A stretch of 63,622 bases of DNA, the filler included, from Reticulomyxa filosa (Eukaryota; Protista; Foraminifera): assembly GCA_000512085.1 (NCBI GenBank). It is 24 parts of 24 records of this genome, joined end to end, with 100 filler letters (N's around TTAATTAATTAA, not from the genome) between each part and the next. Parts side by side here need not be neighbours in the genome. Positions count along the whole stretch, not along the records: positions 50,294 to 57,745 come from ASPP01002267.1; positions 57,846 to 59,280 come from ASPP01029284.1; positions 59,381 to 60,559 come from ASPP01026337.1; positions 60,660 to 61,659 come from ASPP01044512.1; positions 61,760 to 63,622 come from ASPP01034460.1; 19 more parts are not named here. One strand, given 5' to 3'. Made by a program: the position numbers and the translations under genes. Below the pieces are notes generated by a model. It did no database searches. It was not told the origin of the DNA and saw only the letters and a program-made list of their open reading frames with translations. This document shows positions 51,301 through 63,622 of this stretch, one piece after another; the first letter of the stretch is position 1; each line of letters starts with the position of its first letter.

Positions 51301-53614
51301 ATCAACTTCAGACATCATTCAAGAATGGAACAGAAAGTACGTTGACAGGCGCACGAACTTAAGGAAATGGCTATTGCAATTTACGTGAGACATTGCTCTT
51401 TGGCTACATGCTGTGCGGGAATTTTTAAGTGAAATGTGACTGATGTGTAAGAGCAATCAAATTGAGATGTGGTTCCAACTGTAAGTTGGAAAAGAAAAAC
51501 TCTTGTTCGGCTCGACTATGCATTTTCCGAGCTAAGTTAGTTGACTATCGTGTTAAAGTGTTATTAATGAACTTTTCTAAAAACCTTCCTAAAAAAAACT
51601 TGGATTAGAGTTGAAAATGTATCTTCTTTTTTTGTGTTATTTAATTTCAACAATTTTATTAATTTCTCAAATTTTTGATATTTTTTCAAATTTTCTACAA
51701 TTTCAATTTTTCTTCAAATTTTAATTACACCAATCAATAGATAATTCTCTTCAGATATTGTTGTCAACATTAGGATCCACCTTGAAATACTATTCAATTT
51801 ATAACAGAGAAGAAAATGCTAAGTGTTTCAAGTTTTTCAAAGTTAGCCTCACATGCTTGGCAAAAGGGATGCGCTACTCTTGCTCTACGGTTAAAACCAT
51901 AAATAGCAACTCCATCATTAGATGTATCGATGGATAATGTTCCAAAAATGTGCAATTGGCAATATCAACAACCACACTGGAATTTCCAAATAATTTAGTA
52001 CAATTCTTTGCCTTTTTTCATCGTCAAAGCTCACCGTCAAATAAAATATAAACAAAAGTGATGTTATCTTCTTCTTCTCATTTGATAATCACAAATCATT
52101 GTACCTGTGGACTTTGTTGTTCGGTTTTCTTTTTTTTTGTTTCATTTTGAAATCTGTCCTTTTCTGTATTATTCCAATTAAAAAATGTCGATCAATATTA
52201 AAAACTTCAGGAGTTGTTTCCTTGTAATAACATCGCAAGCCAAAATCTGAAAGAAATTAGAAAGCCACAGATGACAAGGAGAAATAACACCACATTAGTT
52301 TTCATTGTAAACATCTTGTTCAAATGTTCATAGATTTAGAGCTATTAAAAAAATTTTTTTAGTCGAGAACTTTTTTCACTCTTTATCATAAAAAAAAATG
52401 GTGATAAGTTTTTTGATAAAATATTTTGATAAAAACAAGTTATTTGATAAAATATGACTATTGAAATTCAAATCACAAACTTCTTTTTTTATTGATGTTA
52501 TGCTGTTGGATAGTTGTAAAAGCTCTTTTTTCCTTTTCTTGGCAAAGTCGGAGTTCTCAGTGCTGGTGTTGGACGTATGATCACACCATTTCAATATTTG
52601 TTACCGAATGATGCGCATATCATTCGTTTCAAAGTTGGCCGTTATCGTTACACAATTTACAACAAGGCCACTTTCCACCAAAACAGCCAATATTATATTA
52701 ACAATTACACAGACAATCACATCGTCTGTCAAATCAAATATCACTCCAACTGTCGCGCCAACTCTCACACCAGTAGTAGCACCAACTATCAATCAATTAT
52801 CATACAAGTCAAAATCATAAATATGGCCTGCCAAAATTGTACAAATATAACATGCTTTGCAAAAATAATTAGTGTGATATTACGTGATGCAAGTTCAGTT
52901 AATTTCTCTTTACCTTTCTTTCAATGAAAAAATAAATAAACAAAAAAATGTTGATAAAAATAGGAACAAAAATTTTGACATATTTTAATTTATACATACA
53001 TATACAAATATAAAATATAAACAGACAATAACATGTACTTTGCACATAGTTTTGCTTGGACACTTGGCAAATCCCACAATAGTGGTATGCACAGCAAGAC
53101 AATGCGCGATATTGATTTGATTGTCGGCGCTGTTGGTATTGTGAGTCATTATCTGGACGATTTCAAGAGTCCTGGCAGCATGTTGGCCTATAATAGCCAG
53201 GTGTGAATGCGATATTATATCCATGTACACTAATGCGCCAGGCGATTGTTCGTCCAGGTGAAAGAACTCACAATAAATGGTGGAAGTGAGTTGTTGGCTG
53301 GTATTATGCTACCCTTTTCTAATTTGATTAGCGGGAGACTCAATGTGTTGAAAACTATCACCAACAATGGCCCGCAAATTGAAAATGATGACTCAGTGAT
53401 GACAGTGCCAGCAACAACAGACAGCAGTTAAGCACGTTCAACTAGGACACTACAATTAACATAAATCAACAATTTGACTAACATAAGTATACTTTTTTTT
53501 TATGTAGAGTGATTCACAAAAACAACGTATAACTATGATTATGTTTATATGATACACATTATTAAAAAAATATAGGCAACAAGACGTACCAACGATGACA
53601 CTAGTGACAACAAT

Positions 53615-54100
53615 AGAATACGGTGTAGAAGCCACCCCCGTCTCCGAAAGGATTATAAAAGGTTTGTTCTATCTTTATTTATATTTATATATGTATATAT
53701 ATAAATATGTTCATGTGTTGTGTGTTTGTGTACAGGAGTCCCCCACCTGAAACAAGTTAACTGTTTTTACCCCACACACAAAAATATTGGGGTCGAAAGC
53801 CGTCCGGTATCCGAAGTGATAAACAAAGGTTTGCTATACTGTATATGTGTATCTTTCTTTTGTTAAAATAATGTGATTGTGTTTGTATGTCATAAATAGG
53901 AATTCCCCCGCACAAAGAAAAAAGTATATTTTATGTTTTATGTTTGTCCCCCATCCTAAATACACAAAACAAAAGAACACTGATTGCTTGACCACATTAA
54001 GAAAAGTTTGAAATAGAATTAAAACAAAACTTTTACAGGTAAATTTTTTTTTTTGTTCTATAAAAATATATAAATAACTTTGTTTGTTTATGTAAATAGA
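53615..54100 (+). repeat. Micro-exon repeat module, copy B
   Basis: YGVEATPVSERIIKG / ...KNIGVESRPVSEVINKG / GIPPHKEK with introns 53662-53735 and 53829-53899. Confidence 0.65.
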
Positions 54101-54599
54101 TGTCCAAGATCCAAATTATTTTTAAAAGAAAAAAAAATTTTAGAAAGATGGAGGATGGGTGGGAAAAAACGTATATAATAATTAATAAAAAAGGTAGAAA
54201 AAAAAATAGAAAAAGGGGGAAAAAAAAGATAATTGAAAAAAGGGGGAAAAATAGAAATTAGAAAAAAAATGATTGAAAAATAATAAAAAAATTAACAATA
54301 AATGGGGAGAAAAAAATAAAGATGATAAAAAAGAAAAAAAATTATGAGAAAAAGAAAAAAAAAAGAAAAGAAAAAAATGTGATAAAAAAGAAAAAAAAAA
54401 AGAAAGTATAAGTTTTTATTAATGTTGGAGCATTGACTCCAAAAATCATTATGTCCCAGATGATAGCAAAGTTATTAAGTTAAGTAAAATAAATATATTT
54501 TTTATATATTTGACTTGATTAATAAAAAAAATAGTTTGCAGCGAACAAGTTCCAATAAAAATGATCATACATTCTACCTTCTTCTCACTTTAAATCTCT

Positions 54600-57500
54600 T
54601 TTGTGTTTTCTCATTTTTTGCAACACTAAAATGAATTTTGCTTTTTAAATATAGACAACAAGATTATACGCACTCAAAGAATTGTTTCGAGATGCAGATT
54701 CCTACTAACATCGTCAAGGATGAAAAGGTGCATTTATCCAGTTGTATGAGAATTTCCACATTCAATTTTCATCTATTGCGCTTCATCGTATTGTTATACC
54801 TGACACTGTCGACATGTACGTTTATGCCATTGTGATGCAACAAAAATGTTTTGATCTGGCAATTATTATTTCTCTTGTACCATTACAGCCCAACGTGAAA
54901 GCCTATTACAACATGGAATGTCCTGGATATCGTTGCGACAATACATCACGCACAAATCAATTTAAACACTCCAAAACAATCTTATCAATATATCATCCAT
55001 CTTGTTTCCCAACAAGAGTCTTAACGTTGATGCAAAAACTATATTAAACGGTACCTCTCTATATATTCCCAACAAGGCATCCTACAATATCTCCACACAT
55101 TAACACTACAGTTGTGACCAATCATAGTTGTTGCGAAGCCGTCTTGAAGTGTGCTGTGTTTTTTGGATTGTACAGATGGATTAATTGCATCAATAATGAA
55201 AAACAAGAGCGTTGTCTTATAAGTGGTGACGAAGTGACAAGAGTCCCCAGTTACAAGATAGATTGTTATTGAAGAGATGCAACCAGTGACAAGACGAAAA
55301 CATTGCAAATTGAATTTGGATATCTATTATAATTACTGACGTTGTAGTGTGGTACGTGACGTCGTACTGTATCAATTGTAGCAGTCTCCAGCGTGTGTTA
55401 TTCGTTGTGGAAATTTAATAAGTGTATCCCTCTGATGAAAGATTCATCGACATCGAGCAATACTAAATAGCCAAGTGAATATCCGTGTGGTAGGTCGGTA
55501 AATTTTTGAATTCGCTGCAGTTCTTTTGCGTAGTTAAATCACGTATCGCTGGCGAAATTGATTACAACAATTTCCTATTTCACGCGATGATTTACCTTCA
55601 TTGAAACGTGATTATCAAATGTGGTTCGGATACTGAAGATTTTGCAAATTGATTGTTGGAAAGAAGTGCGCAATGCACGAGATTTAATGAACATGGTTAA
55701 TCAACAACGGCATCATTTTCACATATGCACTTAATTCAATGGCTGCTCCATTCCACCACACTTTTTTGCCGACACCAACGCTGGTACAAATTTGCAGTTT
55801 GTACGAGTGTGTTGGAAGTGTTTGAGCACTGGATGATCATACTTCTGGAGTTATCTTCAATTCGACAACAAACTATATGACGTTGTGCAATAGTTTGGCT
55901 TTATCTATTCTTGAACTTCTGTTGGGCTCGTGCAATCAAGTAGGCGATGTCAAATTTACCATCGGCTCGAGCACGTATTATGAAGGTCATATTTGGGAAG
56001 CAAATAGATATTATTTTAAACAAGCAATCCTTCAAGAAATAATACCAAGCCAGTCCACGTGTTTAATATTGCCATCGAAAGAAGATACTCTGAATGTTAT
56101 CTTTACAATATATTGCAAATATGCGGCCGTGATAGTCAATTCTCCACTTTTTTTGTTTAATACCATGCAGTGCGTACAATCAATCATTCAAACCAATGGC
56201 AGACTGTGTAATATGATAATATAACTCACAAAACCTTATATCGATCAGCTTGTCTATTGACGCAATGGAAGTGATCGTAGTTATCATTGATATGTACGGA
56301 AAAGCAAATGATGTGTCATTATTTGACTATTCTGTCTTGTTGTTCAAATATACAGCCACAGGAGAATAAAGCAATCCAAAAGATTTTTTCCAAATGGAAT
56401 ATTGATTGAAGTAAAAGATTTAGATATTAAAAACAATTGTTCGAAAGCATCGTTAGCATATAACACTTATAACTGTAGTATCATCATCGAATTCACAAGT
56501 GGAATATCTTTGATGGCCAACTTTCATATTCCATTGCAGACTGCATCTTGGCTATTGTTCGAGCATTGAACTCCACAAGATTTGAATGGTGCAATGGGAG
56601 CATTGAGTGTTTTGTCTTCTACAACAAATGGTATATGTACTGTTCGCAGACACTTGGGTATATTCGACAATATCGCTACTCAAATTTGCTTGCTCGCCAA
56701 ATTCGTGTCACCACAAGCAATCAAATACCCGAACGTGATCAACCAACTTATTATAATAAGCTTCCAATTTATCGACATCATCATTGTCAGATAAGCGTAT
56801 TATTGGGCAAAAGCACTGCCGGGATACTATTTGGATGCAATTGCATGCAGAAACGTCCGGTGAACAGAAGGATTGGAATCAGGCTCAGCAATTTCTGAAG
56901 TCTCTCAACAAATTGGTAAATTGGTATCTGGTGAGCAAGTAACAATTACATCACCGTCACATCGAGGATGAAGAAAATGCATACATCCATATCTATTGAC
57001 AGAGTGTGTCGTTATCCAACTTGGTCTTCTCTTGGTGCTTATCAAATTACATATCAAAAGTGTATTTTGTGATAAGAGTACACAACCAAAGAAATGAAAG
57101 AAATAACAATTGTACCAGAGTTGTCGTAGTGGATGCACTTTTAGACAATGATGGCAAAGAATGACGGAGATATTCAAGTAGATGCATATTCAATGGGATC
57201 GTATGAAAAGGAATGGCAATGACAAAGTCTCGGTACAAAGAAGTGTGGGTCTATTGTAAGAAGCAAGGCGTGTGTCCACGTCCACGCAGAAACAATTTGG
57301 ATGAGGGAATCAACACAATAAATTTTTGAAGGTGTCGATATGAATGGTATGTATGAAACTCAAATACAAATGGCAATGAACACTACTCTCAAACCCAAAA
57401 TTAATTATGTGGAAATGTTATATACCTTCACATGTACTGCAATTATGTAGTGTGCACTCCCGATGTCACGCACCAAGAGTAATGAAAATATTGACATCAT

Positions 57501-57600
57501 GATCAGATCGTTTTTCGAATACAATAAACCGGTTATCGTTGTTGAGCAATATTAGAAAGTAGATGGTTGGATTGTTTATTATTCGCTTTGTTGATTAAGC
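54600..57600. pseudogene. Decayed long coding-like region, unidentified
   Basis: 3 kb of complex, GC-richer sequence without a long ORF. Confidence 0.4.
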
Positions 57601-57845
57601 GCCTTTAAAAGAAGATATTAAAATGTAATTGCAAACAACTGTTTTGTTTTCATTTCTAATTTATCTGAACACTTTTTAAAAATATTTGTTCTATCAAAAT
57701 TGATTAGTAGCAAAACTTGCTCAAAATATTGTTGTCTTTTTTTTTNNNNNNNNNNNNNNNNNNNNNNNNNNNNNNNNNNNNNNNNNNNNTTAATTAATTA
57801 ANNNNNNNNNNNNNNNNNNNNNNNNNNNNNNNNNNNNNNNNNNNN

Positions 57846-58750
57846 ATATTGTGCTGCTTGTGTTGTATTATGTGCTCATCCTGCGTGTAAACAGTATGCT
57901 GATACTGCCAATGGTGTATTTTATTTGTATCAAGGTATTCAAGTTCATATCAGTTATCGTCCATTTGTAATTTTGGCATTTAACGCATTATGTAACTTTG
58001 TCACGATCATTCAAGTATGTTTTTTTTTATTATTTTAATTATTAAAAAAATTGATGTAATGTTTATAATCATTAAACTTAGGACATCGAGTAGTGGCATT
58101 AGAAAAGGAAGTAGTAAATCAAATATTAAAAGGAATGGCATATCATCGTAGAAAAGATGAAGGATCTTGTGTTAATTCAGCAGGATGTTTGGCTTTGAGA
58201 AACATTACAGCTGATTCAAAAGGACAAGGTGCTATTGGATCTGATGGTGTAAGATTGTCCGTTGCTTCTGTATTACATGATTTGGGTATTTTTTTATAAA
58301 TAAAATAAAATAAATTATTAATTGTAATATTATTTTATTTCTCTTTTAAATAGACACTACATTGTTATTGAGCGTGGATCAAGGAATTGATTTATTGGTA
58401 AAAATATTGAAAAAGTCAGATGTTGATTCAGTTCTATTTTTAAATGTATTAAAAGTATTAACGGCGTTATTGGTAAAATTATCTGATGATAATTTGGATG
58501 GGGGAAATAAAAAAAACAGAAGTAATTCTTCAAATCTTACAACGTGATTTGATTGAATCAATTAATGAAGCAGTAAAATATGACAATCAAAAATTACAAG
58601 ATATTTGTGCCACAATTTTGGTGGTAATGGCTCAAACAGCACCAAAATTAGCAAAAGCTATTGCTGATGCTTATTCGCCAGCCCAATTGGTATATGTTGG
58701 TTTCCTCAAACATTACATTGTGTATCAGCTGTATTTTCCATGTATCCGAT
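57846..58750 (+). CDS. Armadillo-repeat protein fragment (may be degenerate)
   Basis: LAFNALCNF, SAGCLALRNIT and GIDLLVKIL; short GT..AG introns. Confidence 0.6.
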
Positions 58751-59380
58751 GATTTTCTAACCAATCCCGATTGGTAGAAGAAGTAATTTTCAAGTTTTTA
58801 ACCAACAACACGAGAATATACTGTTAAATTGTCATGTGGTGTTTTTATTAAATTTTTTTCAAATGTCAACAATTCACAAGCTATAAGTGAATTTGAGAAA
58901 GAAATTCAAGAATTTATTAATTATAACAATGAATACAGACCTGTATTGAAACAATTTTGTGTTGTCATTCAGGTTTCAATAAATTTTTTATTTTTTTTAT
59001 AATTAATAATTGAATAAAATATATTGAAACAATTGGATCTAATGACTTCTGAATTACATGTCCAAGAAACATATAAAAAAGTTGAAACTAAAAAAACAAC
59101 AGACAACAATAAAGAAGAAGAAAAATAAAAAGAAATTCCACAAGATGACAAACAAGTAAAGACATCCAAATAAATAAATAAACTAGGAAAAGTATCAACA
59201 GATGTTGGACAAACTATTGCCTAAACTCGAAGCTCACAAGCACAAATAGCTAATCCAACAATTAAAACTCATTTTGATTCNNNNNNNNNNNNNNNNNNNN
59301 NNNNNNNNNNNNNNNNNNNNNNNNTTAATTAATTAANNNNNNNNNNNNNNNNNNNNNNNNNNNNNNNNNNNNNNNNNNNN

Positions 59381-60559
59381 CGTTTCATTCATAATCCAAA
59401 TTGATCAATAAATTCACTGGACATAATGATTGTGTAAATAATATTGATTATTCAACATTTGGTGATCATCGATCCATTTGTCATGGATCAAATAATAGTA
59501 CAGTTCGTGTATATGATGTTGATAACAACAAAATAATTCAATCGTTAAATAGACCTTCAGGTTATGTGTATTGTGTAAAATTTTCACAATCAAAATGTCA
59601 TTTTTTTTTATCAACTGGAGGCATCATTTGTTTTTGAGATATTCAATGAACACATTAGTGGTGTTGATGGAATTGAATTTTCACCATTTAATAGTGGTAG
59701 ATATTTGTGTTCTGGATCATTTGATAATACTATTCGTTTATGGGATGTTGAAACACCAAAATCATTACATGTTTTCAATGGACATGCAAGTGCTGTTAAG
59801 TGTGTTAATATTTCACCACTGCAAAGTAACAGCAACGGTAATAAAATGAATAATATTGGTGTGAGGAAAGTATATGAAGGAGTATCATGTCTTAAATTTA
59901 TGGAATTAAAAAAAGAAAGAAAATAACAATAAACAAAAATCAAATGGTATGTTATGGTTTAACCAATGGTTCAATTCATATTTGGGGATGAACATGTGTA
60001 ATGATATTTTTTGACTTACATATCATGCCATTACAATTTTGATATAATTGGCATAAATTATATGTAATAATTTGAAACACACGTTCATTGGACTATCAAA
60101 ATTGGAATAATATAAAAATTCCTTTTGCAATTTTAGATCATGTATTTCTTGAAAGAACTAATTTTAGCAGTATATTTTCATCAAACTTGCTTTAATTTCA
60201 TAAATACATCAATAAATGATATTACTTTGGAAAATATGCATATTCAGAAGATCATTCAAATGGAGTAAGGGAATTCAATTTTCGCCAGATGCAATTCGAA
60301 TTATGGGACATTCAAGCCGATACAATTTTCACCAGACGATTCACATAAGATACATGTATTGACTGGAAAATAAATCCAAATATTAAATGAGCATTCTAAT
60401 GGTATACGTGGAATAAAATATTCATTGAACGGTTCTAAAGTTATTTCATATTCATTGGATAAAACGATTCAAATATGGTATAATTCTTCAGGAAGACAAT
60501 TTTAAGTGTTAGAAGAACATAACGATTACATCAATTGCATTTACCTATCTTTTGATGGT
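59381..60559 (+). pseudogene. WD40-repeat pseudogene fragments
   Basis: FTGHNDCVNNIDYS...TVRVYD and CSGSFDNTIRLWDVET...FNGHASAVKCV, with multiple frameshifts and stops. Confidence 0.85.
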
Positions 60560-61025
60560 NNNNNNNNNNNNNNNNNNNNNNNNNNNNNNNNNNNNNNNNN
60601 NNNTTAATTAATTAANNNNNNNNNNNNNNNNNNNNNNNNNNNNNNNNNNNNNNNNNNNNAATTTTTAAGACAGCTCAGATTTGTTGATTTTCACAAGATG
60701 AAAAAATAAAAAAATTGACAGTTTAACATTGTACATGCCACATAATAATGCATTCGAAAATTAATTTCTCTGAAAAAGAGATTTACAAAAAAACTGGAGT
60801 GTGACATAGAATTTTTTTTATGTTTGAAGAACCAAAGAAATTCTACTCCAATTCTTTATTTTATAACAAATAGATCTTTAAAAAAAACATTATTAGATTT
60901 TATTTATCCTTTTAAAAGTGATTTGCCAATTGTACAACTTATTTTTAAAATCCCTTTTTTTAAGGCCGTTCAATGGGTCATTTCACCCCTTTTTTAAACT
61001 TTCATAGTTCAGAAACATTAACAAC

Positions 61026-61450
61026 ATGAGTAATCAAAACACAACTCTTTTTCAAACTTCTCCCTTTCAAAGTTTGAAGGAATTGCCCACTCTATTTAAA
61101 CAGTTCAACGTGCTGTACAAACACGAACTTCTCATTTGTGGAGGCTATCCTCAAAGTCTGTTATTCTTATCATACTCTCAAAAATGAATACAAGTTTATC
61201 TGTGAATATCCAAGTGATATTTATTTAGATTGGCACTGTGTAATGAAGCTTGTAGATAACAACAATATAACAAAAGCGGCAATGAAATCACTTTGTTGTT
61301 TTTTAATGGAGATACATATTTAAAAAGATTACATTGGAATGAAATATGTAAGTGTTTGGAATAATGATAATAAAAAAACAATTACAATCAGTGGATCCCT
61401 TTCATAGATAATCACGATGATGAAGATATATTAAGCGTTTAATTTAAATA
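61026..61450 (+). pseudogene. Kelch-like family pseudogene
   Basis: Close nucleotide similarity to 50737-51070, including the 5' flank; frameshifted. Confidence 0.85.
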
Positions 61451-62898
61451 CATTTTAATTTATTAAACACGATACTTTATCAACTTGTTATATTAGCTTA
61501 TCATATCGCATCACTGTGGAAAATGGAGTTAACAATACACGTGATTTTTCTTCAATGAAGAAAAGCAATTTTTAAAAAAAAAATTGTCCAAAACGAGTAA
61601 GGTAAACAAATTACAAGCTGTTTTTCAAAAAAGGTTTTCAACAAAAACTTTGAAAACAGNNNNNNNNNNNNNNNNNNNNNNNNNNNNNNNNNNNNNNNNN
61701 NNNTTAATTAATTAANNNNNNNNNNNNNNNNNNNNNNNNNNNNNNNNNNNNNNNNNNNNTCTACTTCAGTCTAATTAATATTATAATCAATATTTATTCT
61801 TTACTTTATAAGTATCAGAAAAGTTAGGTGATAAAACAAAAACTAGGTAGTTACACGAAATAAATGAATTTTATTGTAAAAGAATTTTAGTAAATAACAA
61901 TTAATTAAATAAATAAAAAACAAATGACAAGATTCAACTAAGTGAAAGGGGAAGACAAGTCGTGAAAGTGAGTAGTGTGTTGTTAGAATAAAGGGGTTCC
62001 AAAGTTCGCTTGGATTTTGCGAGAATTGCTTATTATAATGTATCATGGGCACTGCACTGCTTATGTTAGATTATGTCGCTTTAGTTCAATATTCAATTGA
62101 ACCATAATTTTCACTCCCAATATTTTGCTGCTGTTATCATCTTCACGTATAACTGAGCTTGTGTTTTCCTTTTTACTTCATTCGCATTATTGTTCATTAA
62201 ATTTTTTTTAGTCAAATTAGCTTTAGTCAATGTATTTAAGGAATACATTGCTACAATGTGTCTTAGTTAACAAAGGCTATATGCCTAGCAATAGTATTTC
62301 AAAAAAATTAGAATATAAAAAAACTTATAAATAAAACTTTGAAAATGCAGCAACCGAATATTGAGTCTCACTTATGCAATTTCCAATAGAAAAAATAAAT
62401 GAAACTGTCTTGTTATTGTTATGCCCTACAAAACATTTTTAAATCAAAGAATAATTAAGTTACATTCGTCAATACGAATTTAAGCGGCAAGCAAGTGCTA
62501 TTGATAGGCATCTCTCCAAAATACTTCCAAAAAGGCTACAAATAACAAAAAAAAGATTACTGTACTAAAGACTGTTCGGTGGAAGTTGCAGATTTTCAAA
62601 GTTGAGTGCGCCGAAAGCTTCCAAGTAACTCTTCTTTGTTTACTTTATCATGTCGAGGAGAATTATATTTCATAGCTTCAAAATTTTGTATTTTAGCACT
62701 CCAGAAAAGTTTTAAGATTATATCGATCAAACATGTTGCTGTATTCTTCTAGAGATTACTATACTGTTTTCAAAATGTTGACAGCTGAAGAAAATAACCA
62801 GCAGGAGGGGATCCCTCAAAAGAAAAGTTCAATAACAAAAATTTGCGAATATTTATTTTAATTTTTGAAGTCTTGCAGAGCACTCCAAACAGATTGGC

Positions 62899-63590
62899 AT
62901 GACCTCCTCAACGACTATAGAAGAGAAGCAAGAGACGAAGCGAAAAGCGTCAGTCTCAGAGGACGTAAGGACGGGTTTGTGGCGCGACCGCGCGTGATAT
63001 CGCGCTTTCACTACGGGAAGAACAACGAATCGCACTTGGCAGAGCTCGAAGGTTCTGAGCGAGTGAACGGTTCAGTGTTCATCGAAGGGGTATCGGGAGT
63101 GGGAGTTACAGCGACAGTGGTGTCCACCTATTTAATCAAAGAGTTGAACCTGCCCATCGTCGCGACCTTTGAAAGCCCCCACCTCCCCGCCATGTGTTCC
63201 ATTCACACTTTTCGGGCCACCCCTGTGCTCCGCATACACGGTGATTCGGAAGGTACTCAATACATAAAAAAAAAAAGGGGGGGGGGACGAAGCTAGAACC
63301 AAAAAAAAAATAAAAAATAGAATTAAAAAATTTTTAAAAAGTTTAAACATTTTCATAAACTCCTCCTTTTTTAAAAAAAAAAAAAAAAAAGTGTGTGTGG
63401 CAGTGGGAGATCTGCCCATAAATGCATCGGAAAAATCGGAAATTTTGTGGGACGTTACTCGTGCATTTGCGGACTTTGCACGAAGACACCGTTGTAGGCA
63501 CTTCATCACGGTCGAGGGAATGCCAATCAAAAACGAATTTGATCGCGAAATTTCCAAAATCGAAAAAATGTTGCCAAAGAATCCCGAAGT
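62899..63590 (+). CDS. PAC2-family proteasome assembly chaperone-like protein (intron 63253-63391), partial
   Basis: VFIEGVSGVGVTATVVSTYLIKELNL...FESPHLPA...PVLRIHG, then VAVGDLPI...FITVEG. One-base shift near 62977. Confidence 0.7.
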
Positions 63591-63622
63591 TTTTTTCTAA
63601 AAAAAAAAAAGGGGGGGAAGGG

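Overview
This window is not one chromosome segment. It is 24 unrelated contigs joined by an artificial 100-nt spacer (N44-TTAATTAATTAA-N44). 22 contigs are AT-rich, intron-containing protist DNA. Their expanded Kelch-like, WD40, orphan 7TM and CUE-like families, many of them pseudogenes, strongly recall the foraminiferan Reticulomyxa filosa (inference from family style, not a search). Recognisable eukaryotic genes are an ECH1-like crotonase, a GT31 galactosyltransferase, a tandem-BRCT protein, a Kelch/U-box protein, U2AF1, a kinesin fragment, an 8-repeat PUF protein, an ARM protein and a PAC2-family protein. There is also the 5' half of a non-LTR retrotransposon. Two contigs are GC-rich bacterial DNA: GST + trpS-II (1-1682, Betaproteobacteria-like) and ompW + acyl-CoA dehydrogenase (22504-23564, Alphaproteobacteria-like). 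The most interesting signals are: (1) an unannotated Trp-Trp-Arg leader with a full attenuator architecture upstream of an auxiliary TrpRS-II; (2) a LINE whose ORF2 follows ORF1 in frame behind one TGA with no AUG; (3) many introns ending in poly-A+AG instead of a pyrimidine tract; (4) a micro-exon repeat module shared by two contigs; (5) a PUF protein with non-canonical recognition triplets. Single-base indels, probably sequencing errors, are common.
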